64,000 nucleotides of DNA from Phoronis australis (taxonomy: Eukaryota > Animalia > Phoronida): assembly GCA_002633005.1 (NCBI GenBank), contig NMRA01000104.1, forward strand, positions 866,841 through 930,840, given 5' to 3'. Made by a program: the position numbers and the translations under genes. The notes under the pieces are model-generated. The model saw only the letters and a program-made list of their open reading frames with translations, did no database searches and was not told the DNA's origin. Below are positions 50,301-62,649 of this stretch, piece by piece (the stretch's first letter is position 1; every line of letters begins with the position of its first letter).

Positions 50301-52613
50301 AGTAATAGACAATTTACCAGAAAGGAAAGCAGAAGTTGCCAAAAGCAGAAATGGTCGCTTGGCGTTGCTTTTGATCTCTGGTATTACAAGATGATGTTTA
50401 TGCTATTTCGTCTGAAAATAGTCGCCCATGGTTACACGTGGAAAAAGTTAAATCAAATCCACTAGTGTTGGCTTGCGACGCAAATGGCATCACGTTACAT
50501 ATAAAGACGCGATCCAAACATCATCTTATTGTGCTCCATAACCAGATGAAATACATAAAATTGCCGCTGGGTGTCAGCCGTTGATGACTTCGTTTTTGCT
50601 TCATCTTGGATGAACATTTTCAAAACTTAACTCAATTATTTGAGAAGGACAATGGGTAGCGTAGAACTTACTGTATGTACAGATAGTTAATAAGAACAGG
50701 CGTTATACAAGTAACGTTTAGTCCATCTGTTCTCTACCAATTATCGGTAAATACCAGAAGATAGGTCCACATTGGAATAATTAATGTCCTTTGTTGTGAA
50801 ATTCCTTAGACGTGTGTTTTCATTGGGATTAGTCACATCGTTGGTGCGAACGGTAACGGTTGGTGCTGGTAGAGCTTCCCACGGATTGTTTGTTCAGTTT
50901 CCTTCATTTTTCGCTCTATTAACCGGAAGTGCTTTGAAGTGGTAGCCTAATTGCTCATTATTACGGGGAGGTCCGTTTGGGAATTGTCCAATCGAGGTAT
51001 TTCTTTAAGTGTCGTGACCTGTGAATACTTACTTGTGGGAGGTGTTCGTAGTGCTAGGAAGCCCCCCCGGGGACGGACTTGAGGAAAGATGGCATTTGAA
51101 CCGAATGTTCTCGTGGAGTGCGCTCAAGTGAGATGGGATTCACAGCCCTGAATAGAACCTATTAGATAATCGGAATCGCCGAGCGAAGACCACTTGTTGC
51201 TTCAGAAATTGTTAACAGAAGATTTAACTTGGACCACTTGTATATTTAAGTCTGGAGTTTGAAATCTGGCCACAGTTGCATTTTAATGTTCACTGACTGA
51301 CACTGCATGGACGTCCGTTTGAAGGATTGAGAGAGGTAGGAGAACACCTGGTTTGATTAGGTGGTAAAACGTTCTGTTGAGTTGGACATCTTGAATAATT
51401 GAAGCTCATAGCTTTCAGACTTGACGCATAGCTGTGTGTAGAAATTATCGTTAAATAGTATTCAAGGGTAATATAAATTTGTTTAACCCCGACGATGTGG
51501 GCAAATAATGCGCTCTGTAAATAAAATAATTTAGCCCAGAGCAGTTTGTTATATTAAGGCATTAAATTGGATATATCGTTTAATTGTTGGAATTGTGACG
51601 CGTTATTTACCGGTAACATTATTCATAAATTGTAAATTTTGCTCCTGACGCACATGACCGGTTCACGCCGATGTGACGACTAAAACCCGTGACTGATGTA
51701 GGTTTTTATTTTGTGAGTATTTTGATATCAGTTCAATTACCATGCGTTTGGCGTACATAGTGTGTCCTCTGATAATACTTCCTTGTTCGCCTTGATTTTT
51801 TTTTCTTGTGGGCGACTTCACAACTTATGTACAGTAAATACCTGTTGATGGAATGGTTGCATCTGTCCACGTTCTCAGTTAGTCTTTCTTTGTGTGCCTT
51901 ACATCATTCGTCATGATTTTACAAAGTAGTTTCTTTTCATAAATTTGTTGAAATTTCTGTCAGTCATGATCATATTTCCAAATTTCTTTATTGCATTTTG
52001 TATGTTACGATTTCATTTATTGGTTCATGTGTTCATTTTGACGTCCAGTTGAGAAAGGGTAATATTGAGTGATATTTGTTACACTGCTGTTGTCTTTTAA
52101 AAGGATACAAAACCTGGTTTTGGACTATTATCAGTTATCAAAAACGACTTTCCCATACAACAGAACTATGCCCTATATCCCTCCTCAGCACTCAAAAGTA
52201 AGAGCTAAATTTGAAAACTCCTTACAAAGCCTGCTAATCAAGCAAGCGTGACCTATGCTTTAAGCGAGTTAAACGGCTACGATAGAGAAAGGACCCGCAT
52301 CAAGAGCCATAATATCCGTTCTGTGATGCCGTGAGTTTGTTTCTTGTTATATCCTGCTTTTATCACTCAGATGGTGTATATTGTTTATTAGCTGGGGAGA
52401 GAGAACGAGGATTGGTTGAAATCACCAAAACTGGGATTAGTGCACAGACTTCTTTCTATTAGGCTTGTTCTCGGTTCTCTCATGCTTGTCGAATGTAAGG
52501 AATCGTTGACAAGTTCAGTGATTTTCATTCCCTCATCCCAACTGGCTTACTTTGATTGGACGTCGTAACGATGTCATGCAACATTGAGAAACCGAAGTTC
52601 ACCTTTCACCTAC

Positions 52614-52764
52614 ATTTAAACTTTATTTTGCACTCTTAATTTTGCACTGTCATTCGCGCTGTATTCGTTGTCGGTCGTTTTCCCGCGTCACTCCGTGTTC
52701 CCGCGTCACTCCGTGCTCGTGCTCGACTGTGCTCCTTCTTCGAAACGCCAGGATATTTGTAAGT
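52614..52764 (+). promoter_or_regulatory. Proximal innexin promoter and non-coding first exon
   Basis: ATTGG near 52555; TATA-like ATTTAAA 52614; Inr-like TCATTC 52650; donor TTT|GTAAGT at 52759 giving a 243-nt intron to the acceptor at 53001. The exon contains an 18-bp tandem repeat TTCCCGCGTCACTCCGTG. Confidence 0.55.
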
Positions 52765-53002
52765 AAATTGTTTTAATGTATGTACCTCAACCACTCAGTT
52801 TGTCTGGACATTGACCTAATGTTATTGATATTTTCTATAACATATTTTTTGTTGTTTATTAAGTTGCAACTCGCATTTAACTTTTGGATGAATTTCATAA
52901 CGTTTTTGAGTCAAATCAGAATTTCCTTGTCTCAATTAAGCACATTTAAAACAGTGAAGGCTAAAATTCGATTTGCTGATTGTTGTTTATCTATTTTGCA
53001 GC

Positions 53003-54199
53003 ATGTCGAGTTTTTTGGACGTTATCGTTCAAGTGACGAAGTTCTCACTTCATTACGACGATGATTTCTTCGATCGGCTCAGTCATCGGTACACGTTGGC
53101 CGTGTTGATTATCGCAACGATCATCACTGGCTCCAAACAGTATGTCGGTGATCCTATTGACTGCTGGGTGCCAGCGCACTTCTCGGGCAGTCATTCACAA
53201 TATACTGAAAACATTTGCTGGATCATGAATACATATTATGTACCTTATAAAGAAAATATTCCCTTTGATGTTCAAACTCGCGAGGACCGAGAGCTTAGTT
53301 ACTACCAGTGGGTTCCCTTCATTTTGTTGTCCATGGCATTTCTGTTTTATTGTCCACATATCATATGGCGTCTCTTCAATTCACGCGTTGGCCTGGATGT
53401 GTCTGGGATCGTAAGTACCATCAATACGATCGAACACTTGAATCCCGATAATAGGGAGAAAACTACCAAGTTCCTTGTGCGCCACATGGATCGCTACTTC
53501 GATGTCCAGCGCGACTTCCGGACGGGATGTTGCGCCAAGGTGCAAACTTTTCTTGCCGAGAAACTGTGTTTGCTTGTTGGCAAGAAGTACGGAAACCAGA
53601 TGATCTTCACGTACATCTTCGTAAAGTGTTTGTACATCGCTAATGCCGTGGCGCAGCTTTTCCTGCTGAACGCGTTCCTGCGCACGGATTATCACTTTTA
53701 CGGGATTGAGGTGATCCAGAAGCTTGCTAATGGTTCCGACTTCACTGAGTCTCGTCGCTTCCCGCGTATCACCATGTGTGACTTCGAGATTCGAAGGATG
53801 GGAGGCATGGCCAATACTCACCGCTACACCGTGCAATGCGCACTTCCTGTCAACTTGTTCAGCGAGAAGATCTTCATTTTTCTCTGGTTTTGGATGGTCA
53901 TGGTGGCCGCTTTCAGCTGTTGGGGCATCCTACCGTGGATCTTCACACTCTTCCGCCGCGCGCGCCTGCAGTACGTGAAGAAATACCTGAAGATGGGTGA
54001 CCAGCTCAACTCCCCATCGGATGGCAAGTTGGCGAAAGCTTTTGCCGACAAGTACCTGCGACAGGATGGCGTGTTTGTTCTAAGGCTAGTCAGTAAGAAC
54101 TCGAATGACATCGTCATTACGGACATTATGTTATCGTTATGGGAACACTTCAAGAAGTTCCGACGGAACTACCACCCTACGGGCCCTGCCGCCCTCTAG
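53003..54199 (+). CDS. Innexin (invertebrate gap-junction protein, unc-9-like), 398 aa, single coding exon
   Basis: DDDFFDRLSHRYT; QYVGDPIDCWVP; ENICW; signature YYQWVP; FPRITMCDF; VQCALPVN; EKIFIFLWFW; YLRQDGVFVLRL; four hydrophobic segments. The ATG lies 1 nt after the acceptor ttttgcag|c. Confidence 0.97.
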   Translation: MSSFLDVIVQVTKFSLHYDDDFFDRLSHRYTLAVLIIATIITGSKQYVGDPIDCWVPAHFSGSHSQYTENICWIMNTYYVPYKENIPFDVQTREDRELSYYQWVPFILLSMAFLFYCPHIIWRLFNSRVGLDVSGIVSTINTIEHLNPDNREKTTKFLVRHMDRYFDVQRDFRTGCCAKVQTFLAEKLCLLVGKKYGNQMIFTYIFVKCLYIANAVAQLFLLNAFLRTDYHFYGIEVIQKLANGSDFTESRRFPRITMCDFEIRRMGGMANTHRYTVQCALPVNLFSEKIFIFLWFWMVMVAAFSCWGILPWIFTLFRRARLQYVKKYLKMGDQLNSPSDGKLAKAFADKYLRQDGVFVLRLVSKNSNDIVITDIMLSLWEHFKKFRRNYHPTGPAAL

Positions 54200-54496
54200 T
54201 GCCGACTACCTGAACCACCGATTATTGAATCCGAAGCGATGTTATATGTCATGTGAAGAGTTACTGGACGACGAAATGATCCCACGCTTTACGCTTGTCT
54301 AACTTAGTTCTTAGATTTATCCATTTGAATTCATTCCGGCTTTTCCTGTAGCCATTGTTCTAGTTTGAAAGCATTTCTCAGAACCTGGTGCTATTAGCAT
54401 TCTTGCCCAGTTGCCGTAAAGCATAATTTAGGTTCAAGAGACCTAGCATCTTGCCTAGTTTGCTGTTTTTGTGTCACAATTCACTTATCTCACAAA

Positions 54497-55457
54497 AATA
54501 TATTGGTTATTGTTATTTATTTTTATGTGACAAGCTCAACCTGTATTAGTTTTTGGAGACCAACAGGTCCAGATAAGTGATCCCGAAATGATAGCTCAGT
54601 GTCTGCTTTGATTGGTTTTTTAAGACTCATATTTTGTTAATGTTTTATTATACTGTGTGCTTTTATAGTTTGCTTAGCAGCTTTTAGTCTTGTTTGCAGT
54701 CGCCTTCGGTAAGGGGTTGTTATGCGCTCGGTGAAGGGACATGTAACGACTCCAGGGTTCACGTTACATCTGTGACTTCTAATCCCTGTTTAGGACAGTT
54801 GTGTACGAGGACACCTGGTATAGGAATTGTATTGGTGGTGGGACTCTTTTATGTTTAGATATTCTCATTTAAGAAGAATTAAAGACGGTGTCGGTAATTA
54901 AAGATTATTTTATTACTTGAGGACCAAATTACTTATTTGTGGATCTCATAGTTATAACTTTGTACATTACATCAATNAATATATTGGTTATTGTTATTTA
55001 TTTTTATGTGACAAGCTCAACCTGTATTAGTTTTTGGAGACCAACAGGTCCAGATAAGTGATCCCGAAATGATAGCTCAGTGTCTGCTTTGATTGGTTTT
55101 TTAAGACTCATATTTTGTTAATGTTTTATTATACTGTGTGCTTATATAGTTTGCTTAGCAGCTTTTAGTCTTGTTTGCAGTCGCCTTCGGTAAGGGGTTG
55201 TTATGCGCTCGGTGAAGGGACATGTAACGACTCCAGGGTTCACGTTACATCTGTGACTTCTAATCCCTGTTTAGGACAGTTGTGTACGAGGACACCTGGT
55301 ATAGGAATTGTATCGGTGGTGGGACTCTTTTATGTTTAGATATTCTCATTTAAGAAGAATTAAAGACGGTGTCGGTAATTAAAGATTATTTTATTACTTG
55401 AGGACCAAATTACTTATTTGTGGATCTCATAGTTTTAACTTTGTACATTGCATCAAT
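54497..55457. repeat. 480-bp tandem duplication in the innexin 3' UTR across an N join
   Basis: 54497-54976 vs 54978-55457, about 4 substitutions seen, N at 54977. Confidence 0.92.
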
Positions 55458-55539
55458 ACAAATTGCGTTTATAACGCGGTTTAGAACAATAAGTTTATTT
55501 TTAATATTCATTATGTTCGTGGTTAAACGTCATGTTTGC

Positions 55540-55545
55540 AATAAA
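55540..55545 (+). terminator. Probable innexin polyadenylation signal
   Basis: AATAAA at the end of the AT-rich 3' UTR-like tract. Confidence 0.55.
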
Positions 55546-56018
55546 CTTTTAGATATGACTTGTGCATTCAATTGTTACTTAAAATAACCGCTTTCAAACC
55601 CGTAGACTAGTAAAAATTATTTGAGGGGCGGGGGTTGCACTAATCAATTTCTCATCGCCGCTACTCGAGCGCCCCCTTCTCAGGATGTCACAATTTTGTA
55701 CAGACTCCCTCCATGCCGCTGCAGCCTTCAGAACTTGATTAACCATGTTTAAACTAAATTTCCGGACAGTGACAATGAGCCCTTATTGCCAGCGCAGACG
55801 GATAGCTGGGAGCTGGGCTATTTGCTTTTGGTGAACTACAGGGTGAGCTGGTAGTTCATGCCAACTCAAGGTGTGAAATTAGGATGAAATAGGGTAGCCG
55901 CTGATCATCTCAGGTTTGATTCACTTGAGTGAGGCACCTCAGCTCGTACCTATGCGTCCGCGCTGAGGCTAGGCCTTATGTCAAAATAGTTTTATTATGG
56001 TCCAGTTTAGGGAAGTTT

Positions 56019-56274
56019 CATGCGCGCACCCGGGCGGGTTCAGGGGGCTCGAACGAACCCTCCCCCATTAAGCGAAGTGAGCAAAAAGGTCCGCCTGCGA
56101 GAAAAAAATCCGAGAAAATGAGTCAAAAGTCCGCTAAACAAGCACAAAACGCGCAAGTCACAGTGGTGCGCCCGTTTTTTTTTTTTTTAGTCCGCCGGCT
56201 ATTTTGTTACCAAAACAGGTCTACAATGTTAGGAATTCGAGCTCCCCCCATATTGAAGGCTGGGTGCGCGCATG
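56019..56274. mobile_element. MITE with CATG termini
   Basis: TIR CATGCGCGCACCC / GGGTGCGCGCATG; no clear TSD. Confidence 0.7.
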
Positions 56275-56979
56275 ATTAGGGTCATGCTTTGTATCTTGAA
56301 AGCGCGAGGTTCCGGGTTTTCAAATGTTTCAAAATCCCTCGTCAAAACACTGGTAACCCAGTTTCTGTAACTGGACAAATGGTACACAGGGAATCCCAAA
56401 AATGTACTCACACTCATAGTTCAGTGCCGGGAGTTGAAGTTCAGATTCTGCGCCCGGGACTAATGAATGGTAACTTCTTGTTTGGAAAGTGAATGCGTGA
56501 GTCATACCGTGCTCTGGAACGACAAACTACGGGCTTGGATTTTGGGAACGAAAAGTTATTGCGCAAATTGAAAAACATCCAGTAAGTGCACAGGCAATTA
56601 ATCTTCCCAAGTTAATGAGAATTAGGTTTAATTTGATTATTAGACTTCATTCCCTTTCGATAAAGCATTTATTTTGTTTTTCAGTCAGTAAACAATGCCT
56701 CTTTTGTCATTTTGAAATGCGGGTGCAGTTTTCGGACACCATCTAGAACTGACGAAATTTCATCGATATCTTTGAGAGTGATTTCAGATGGACAAAAATC
56801 GTCTAGTGCGCTTTACTGTTTGGGATTGGCTGATACAGATTTAATGCAACTAAGTTGACTAAATCACTTAATTTTTACAAGATTAGCTTCTAATTATCAA
56901 AAAACACCAGTGTTCGTAGAGATACAATCTGTAAATCAGAAACCAACTAATTCATTGTGTATCAAAACATATATACACA

Positions 56980-57110
56980 AAACGTACCGAGAGTGGCGTT
57001 GATGAAGTAATATCCCACGAGACATTATTCCGCCTATCGAGACCGAAGGTCGATACGCGGAATAATGGGGAGTTTGATATTACTTCATCAACGCCAATCG
57101 AGGTACGTTT
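56980..57110. repeat. Near-perfect 131-bp palindrome, Crypton-like non-autonomous element end
   Basis: Arms TGGCGTTGATGAAGTAATATC / GATATTACTTCATCAACGCCA, ATTATTCCGC / GCGGAATAAT and TATCGA / TCGATA around a CCGAAGG apex. Confidence 0.8.
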
Positions 57111-60100
57111 GGTATTTATCCCATACTCATCAAATTCCTATGTTTCTTTCATTTTTTCGCCAGATTTTTCAAATACTTCACTCGGACTGTTCACGTGGCG
57201 GATCACAGCCTATTTCAATGTGCTTGCGCGTTAGGTTGCAAGTTTTCTCTAGTAAAAGAAACAATTTTAAATGTAACGATTTATTACTTGAAAAGAGATA
57301 ACAAAGATGAAAGCAACGGTAACTGTGCATTGAACTGGTAACATCTTCTGGAAATAGTTAACTAACAATATTTCATCGGCGCCTGATCGAGTTGCAGACG
57401 ACATAATATTAGCAATTGAAAACTGAGACAGAACTGTCAAATACCCGGTAATGAACAATCCTGTTCTGGGTGTTATGACTGAGACCTGATTGCATGTTAA
57501 GTGTTACTCACACTGTTATAATTGCAGTACTTTAAACTATTTTCCGAAAGTTTGATGATCGAACCAGCTATGTCGAGTCGACATTGACCTACCTTTTGAA
57601 CATTCTATGTCAGAGGTCGCTGTTGAAGTAGTGCGGGAGGTGAATACGGAAAACATTATTACATGGCCGTATTTCCCTCTACTGATTCAACGCGTAAGGG
57701 ATAAAAGCAATTTCCGAAGGCATACTCACAGATTTTTGGCAGTAAACCAAGCCAACGCGTGGAACATGGGAGACGGGGCATCTCGCAGGGTTTGTAGGTC
57801 TCTTCATCCAAGTAACTTTGAATTTATTCGAGCTGACGCGTAGGCCAATTTTAGTTCATTCCAGTGGTAGCTGTTACAGTTTGCGAGTTAAGCTTTTAAC
57901 TTCCAAAAATCGCTGAAATCTTTGTTTATGATTGGCAGTACATGTACGATATGTCGAGTACTTTAATTTATTAGACATACAGTTTGTACACGGTCGTAAA
58001 AACTCGTATCCCCGAAAGTCTCTTCGGCATGTGCGAGTTACTGTTTCTTACTAACAACTCCTAGTAACATTCTTAAAAGAAATACACTTCTTATACCCAT
58101 CCCTTTCTTCAAACAAAGCAAGGTACTAGGACATATGTACAGAGAGTACTGTACAAATACTCAGCGGAAAGATAAGGTTCATCCTTTGCTGAAAAAAGCG
58201 TTTTTAGAGGAAAAACATAAAATGATCACCATAAAAGTGGTTGATTTGAATAAAGGCTGTAGTCGTTAGAAAAATTACTTCAGTTTGGTATGCTAAACCC
58301 GGGTTTCCTTCAATGAAACTATCTTTTGACTAACGGCTATGAAACTGGTCAAAACTTGCTCCTTACAGAGACGAGAAGTAATTTTTGGTCTTGCAAAGTT
58401 CGTTATCACTCGAAACCATGTTCTCCATGACATGATTTAAATTTATTATAAAATAGGAAGTATTCAGACGACAGATGCTAACATGTGAATCTCCATAGGA
58501 GCGAAAGTGAGGCTACTGACTTTCCTGCCGTATCTGCAGGTGTGCCGCTATTTCGTACCTCAGGGCATGGGAGAGCAATCAGTGCGGAAGGCGAGAATTG
58601 ACGCACTGCGACAAGTCACCTTGTAGAGCCTTGTCTCATGCAACAGCCGATTGTGAATTATTTCCAACCTCAGAAGTCGCATCTATTTTGAACAATTTGA
58701 AACCAATTTCATTAGTGGTTTAAATAAAAGTTGTCATTTTTTGAAGTAATGCTGGTTTATAACTGCTTTAAAGGGGACGTGTCCTTACCTAACGACGTAA
58801 CAATGGAAACATGAATAGCCCAGTGAACTCTCTACCATTAGAGGAATTGGACGGTATCCTGTCGATGTTGACATTGATTTGGAACGGACCGATTTTGGAT
58901 GGTTTGAACACACTTGTTCTCGCTTACACCCTAAGATTGTGAATAAAAAAGGAAATGTTCACATTTTGAAAGTCTCATTCACCTGTCCATCAGTGTCATC
59001 CTCTGAGAGATCTCTCAAAGAGGCCATCTTTCCCAAGCTGTGAATCGATGCTTGTCACACATTTTGAGATGCGGTGTTTGATCATTTTTTAAAGGATCAT
59101 TCTCGTTTTTACGGCCGCAAAAAGTATATTAATCGTTGATTTGGATAGATTTTTTAAATTTATTACCTATGACCAGAGCTATGAAACAATAAATTTGTTG
59201 ATTTTTTATTATTTTTTGTTTGTCAGACATTCGCGGCTGAAACCAAACTCGGTGACTTTGCCATTTAAATTCGCTTAAAACACATTTTCGTCCATTGTGT
59301 GCTAATTTACTTGTTAACATAGCGTTTATTTGCAAATGCGTCGGTCCCCGGTTCGTATCTGCCCGTGGGATGATTTCAGACAATCATTTTCTCGCTGATG
59401 ATGTCACTTTAAACGAGTTCTGTATATAACAAATCTCCAGGCAAGTCCTACTGTGAATTGTGTTAATTTTATTCTCTATTTCCTTAAATTTATGCATCCG
59501 CCGATGTGGGATTTTGTCCAGGGGGGTACGGAAAGCCTAGGGGCAAATATCATGGGTGTTAGATGTTTCTGCGTTACAGCAATGGAATACCTTTGAATCC
59601 GTGCCTGTTAGAATCAAACATATAAATTCATTATTTCTCAAGTAGTGTTGTAGTTGGGCAAATGAACGTGTTTGTATGCTAATTGGGTATTTTCTCACAC
59701 ATGTCAGAATCTTGCATGGGGCCCATTCGTTTATCGACTCTCGAAAGCATATATTTTTCATATTGTTGATAGCCACGGGAACATACGGTCTTGTTTCCAG
59801 TCCTGTGCTCGTTGCTGTTTAACAAACCAGGGTTTGGGAAGACTTTTTTGTGTGACCATCAAACTGTGATTTTCACACATGGTTCTAATTTTAAATCTGG
59901 AGATCAACGTATCCGGGTCGCTTGTGTCCTAACTCCTTATAACAATAATAACGCAAGTGCAAGATTACCTTTCAAACACGCAAGTTTTTTTCTAAGTTTT
60001 GACTGTCCTTCTAGAATAGCTCAGCCAGGAAATCCATTGTCCGTTATTTTGACAACATGATTAGAAGAAAACAATTCCACTAGCTTTAAGTCGTTGCGAA

Positions 60101-60722
60101 ATCGGAGCTGTGTTTGCAAGCACATACTGATAGTTACGCTTGCACGGCATCAACAGGTTTAGACAAATTGGTGTTCACATCTGGGATTAATAATAAGTTG
60201 CAGATAGGACGCCTGAAGAAAAGACAGAGCGGTCGCTTAAAATAAGCCGTCACAAAGGTTTCCTATTCGCATTATTGACAGCATTTATCATAACAGTAAT
60301 TATAGCATAACATTAATAAGCAAAAATGCTTATATTCTGTTGAAACGCGTGCGATCTCCATGTGCAAACAGAGCCTAACTCTAAGTTAGGCTAAGCCATT
60401 TAGTGCCGGACTCTGCCGTTGAGCAAAACTGGTGGCGCGCCCGTACATAACAGGGTTGCAATCACAAGATCCCACACAACTTTATCGCTATGTGAGACGC
60501 TCCTGCTGTAAACTAGAGCGCTTGCGTGTTTCACGTTTTTATCATCAACTTTGCACGCCATCCTTCTGCGCATGTGTGAGCTTCAGTCATTCTCCAGTGT
60601 GAAAAGCACATGACTGCCACACTACCGAAGTCCACTTATGTGCAGATTACCGGTCACCTTCGAGGGGACATGTCAGTGTTCGAAAATACAGATGTGTTTT
60701 AGTTGTGTGCATGCGTAACGTG

Positions 60723-60862
60723 CAGTGTTCGAACTCGATCCGCCGGGCCAGTTACTCTGAAAATTTACTGGCCTGAGTGCCAAGTTAACTTTTAAAAGTT
60801 ACTGGCCCGGCCGTAAATCCACTGGCCCCGGGACACCGGGCCAGCGTGTATTTTGAACGCTG
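60723..60862. mobile_element. hAT-type MITE with 8-bp TSD
   Basis: TIR CAGTGTTCGAA / TTTGAACGCTG; GTAACGTG duplicated at 60715-60722 and 60863-60870; internal ACTGGCC repeats. Confidence 0.85.
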
Positions 60863-60893
60863 GTAACGTGTAAGTTTAAACAGAGATCCTCTG

Positions 60894-61049
60894 CAGGGGC
60901 GGATCCAGGATTTTGAGTTAGGGGCGGCCAGGGCAGAGTATTAGCCAGGATTTTGCCACTCAGACATTCGCGTCCCCAGACTGCCAAGTGGAATCTGGGA
61001 GAATTTTAGGGGAGGCCATGATTCCCATACCCCCCTAAATCCTCCACTG
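60894..61049. mobile_element. MITE with 5-bp TSD, hAT5-like
   Basis: CAGGGGCGGATCCAGG ... CCTAAATCCTCCACTG; CTCTG on both sides; a related 5' fragment lies near 14267. Confidence 0.75.
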
Positions 61050-62242
61050 CTCTGATTTAAAAACGACAACATCCTCCATCTGCGTACACTACCAAGGTCA
61101 GTTCGAGCGATTCTAACGCTTCGTGCCTGCTTGATAAACATATTTCTGAATATCAAGGTGATGTGTTTCTCTAAAACAGTAACTCCGACAATACAACATT
61201 CTGGCAGAGTTCAGAATATTATACCCTTTGAGTCAATCATGTTTCTTCATTCCAACTTGCTCCGATTACATTGGCTTGCAACATCATCTTGCCTCTTAAA
61301 GATGTTAGACGTTAAGTGGCCACGTAGCTACAAATGATTTAAGGGCTAATTTTCGTTGCAGACAATTAAACGCACCAGTTCACCAGAGCCTTGTACGAAG
61401 TAAGCCCATCATCGCCTACACTGTATTAAAAACATGTCTTTACATCGTTTTCTAAATTTCTTTACTTTTTAGTTTAGAGTGGTGGTTGTAATTTACCAAA
61501 CACAAATATGAACACGTGGCCCAAGACTTTCATGGGTTATAAAGTGACATTCCTGCAAGCCAAACAGAATGTATGACTGTGTCAAAAGTGCTCATTCTAT
61601 TCCACGATCCCACTTAGTTATTGGTATCACCTGGGTGGTCATCGATACTCTTAGTCATATCACTCAATTATATGGCCCATGTAAGGCATTTTTATGTCAT
61701 AATAAAGTCGCAAATTTGCCCACACTCTTAAATAACTAACCGCCATCTTGGATTTCAATATGGTGTCGATTTTTAAAAATTAGTGGAAGCTCAGGATGTG
61801 TATGAGCGGTTTTGAGAATAAACCTTTCACAGTAGTAGGCCTTGTTAAATTCGCCTAAAGCGTGCATTGACATTTACTTCATCACCAGGTTTTTATGTAG
61901 AATTGTGAGCGCAGCACAACTGTATGCCTCATAAACACTGAGATACCGAAGGTTTCTTAAAAGGGCACTTTTACTTTTCTGTGCTTTGAAATGTGCTTGT
62001 TTAACGCTATAGGAAGCCTTTCGGCGAAATATGCATCACACTGACGAAAAAACCTAAGTCACGTTGCTATAAGTACCTTTTGCGCATAGTGAGACACCTT
62101 AGGAGGCCGTCGATGTCTTTAATTCCATCCAACTCGAACCAAGTCCTGAACTTTTTTTCGAGCAGTCCTTCGTTCAATTGCCCAAATCGGCATCTGACCA
62201 TTTTTAACACTGCGCACGCTCCTGGTGCGCGCGGTAAAGAAG

Positions 62243-62649
62243 TATGAAGCGCCAAAGGGTTCTTAAACGAGTGACTTTTTGGGCGTTGCAATGTGCTTAA
62301 TCTATTTGTACTTTTGCTTAATCTACGCGTACTTTTAATTCTTAAACGATCATCGTTCTGCTCTTAATCAATCAATGTGAGAGCACTGGCGTGATTGGAC
62401 TATATGATCTGATTAAAAGTAGATTAATTAAAATTACGCCTTCATTAAGCACATTTCAACGCGCAAAATGTTATTCGTTCAAGAACCCTTTGGCGCTTCA
62501 TAAAAAGGGCGGGATTGGACTATATGAACTAATTAAAAGTACGCGTTAATTAAGTAAAACTACGCGTAGATTAAGCAAAAGTACGCGTATATTAAGCACA
62601 TTTCTACGCGTTGAAAGGTACTCGTTTAAGAACCCTTTGTCGCTTCATA
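62243..62649. mobile_element. Fold-back DNA element with ~21-bp internal sub-repeats
   Basis: TATGAAGCGCCAAAGGGTTCTTAAACGAGT / ACTCGTTTAAGAACCCTTTGTCGCTTCATA; sub-repeats TTAAGCAAAAGTACGCGTAGA; extra end copies near 62481-62501 and 62874-62894. Confidence 0.75.

Noticed and set aside
16277-52251. Numerous 60-124 aa ORFs in the intergenic region
   Set aside because: Mostly non-ATG starts with no domain similarity that I recognise apart from the LINE fragments; consistent with chance ORFs.
52973-53002. TTG-initiated N-terminal extension of the innexin in the ORF track
   Set aside because: It runs through the polypyrimidine tract and acceptor (ttttgcag); the eukaryotic start is the ATG at 53003.
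53381-54153. Antisense and alternate-frame ORFs over the innexin CDS
   Set aside because: These are shadows of biased codon usage in the real gene, with no recognisable protein features.
54197-54256. Possible innexin stop-codon readthrough adding CRLPEPPIIESEAMLYVM
   Set aside because: TAG-T context is not leaky, and an 18-codon open run is expected by chance; no conservation evidence is available.
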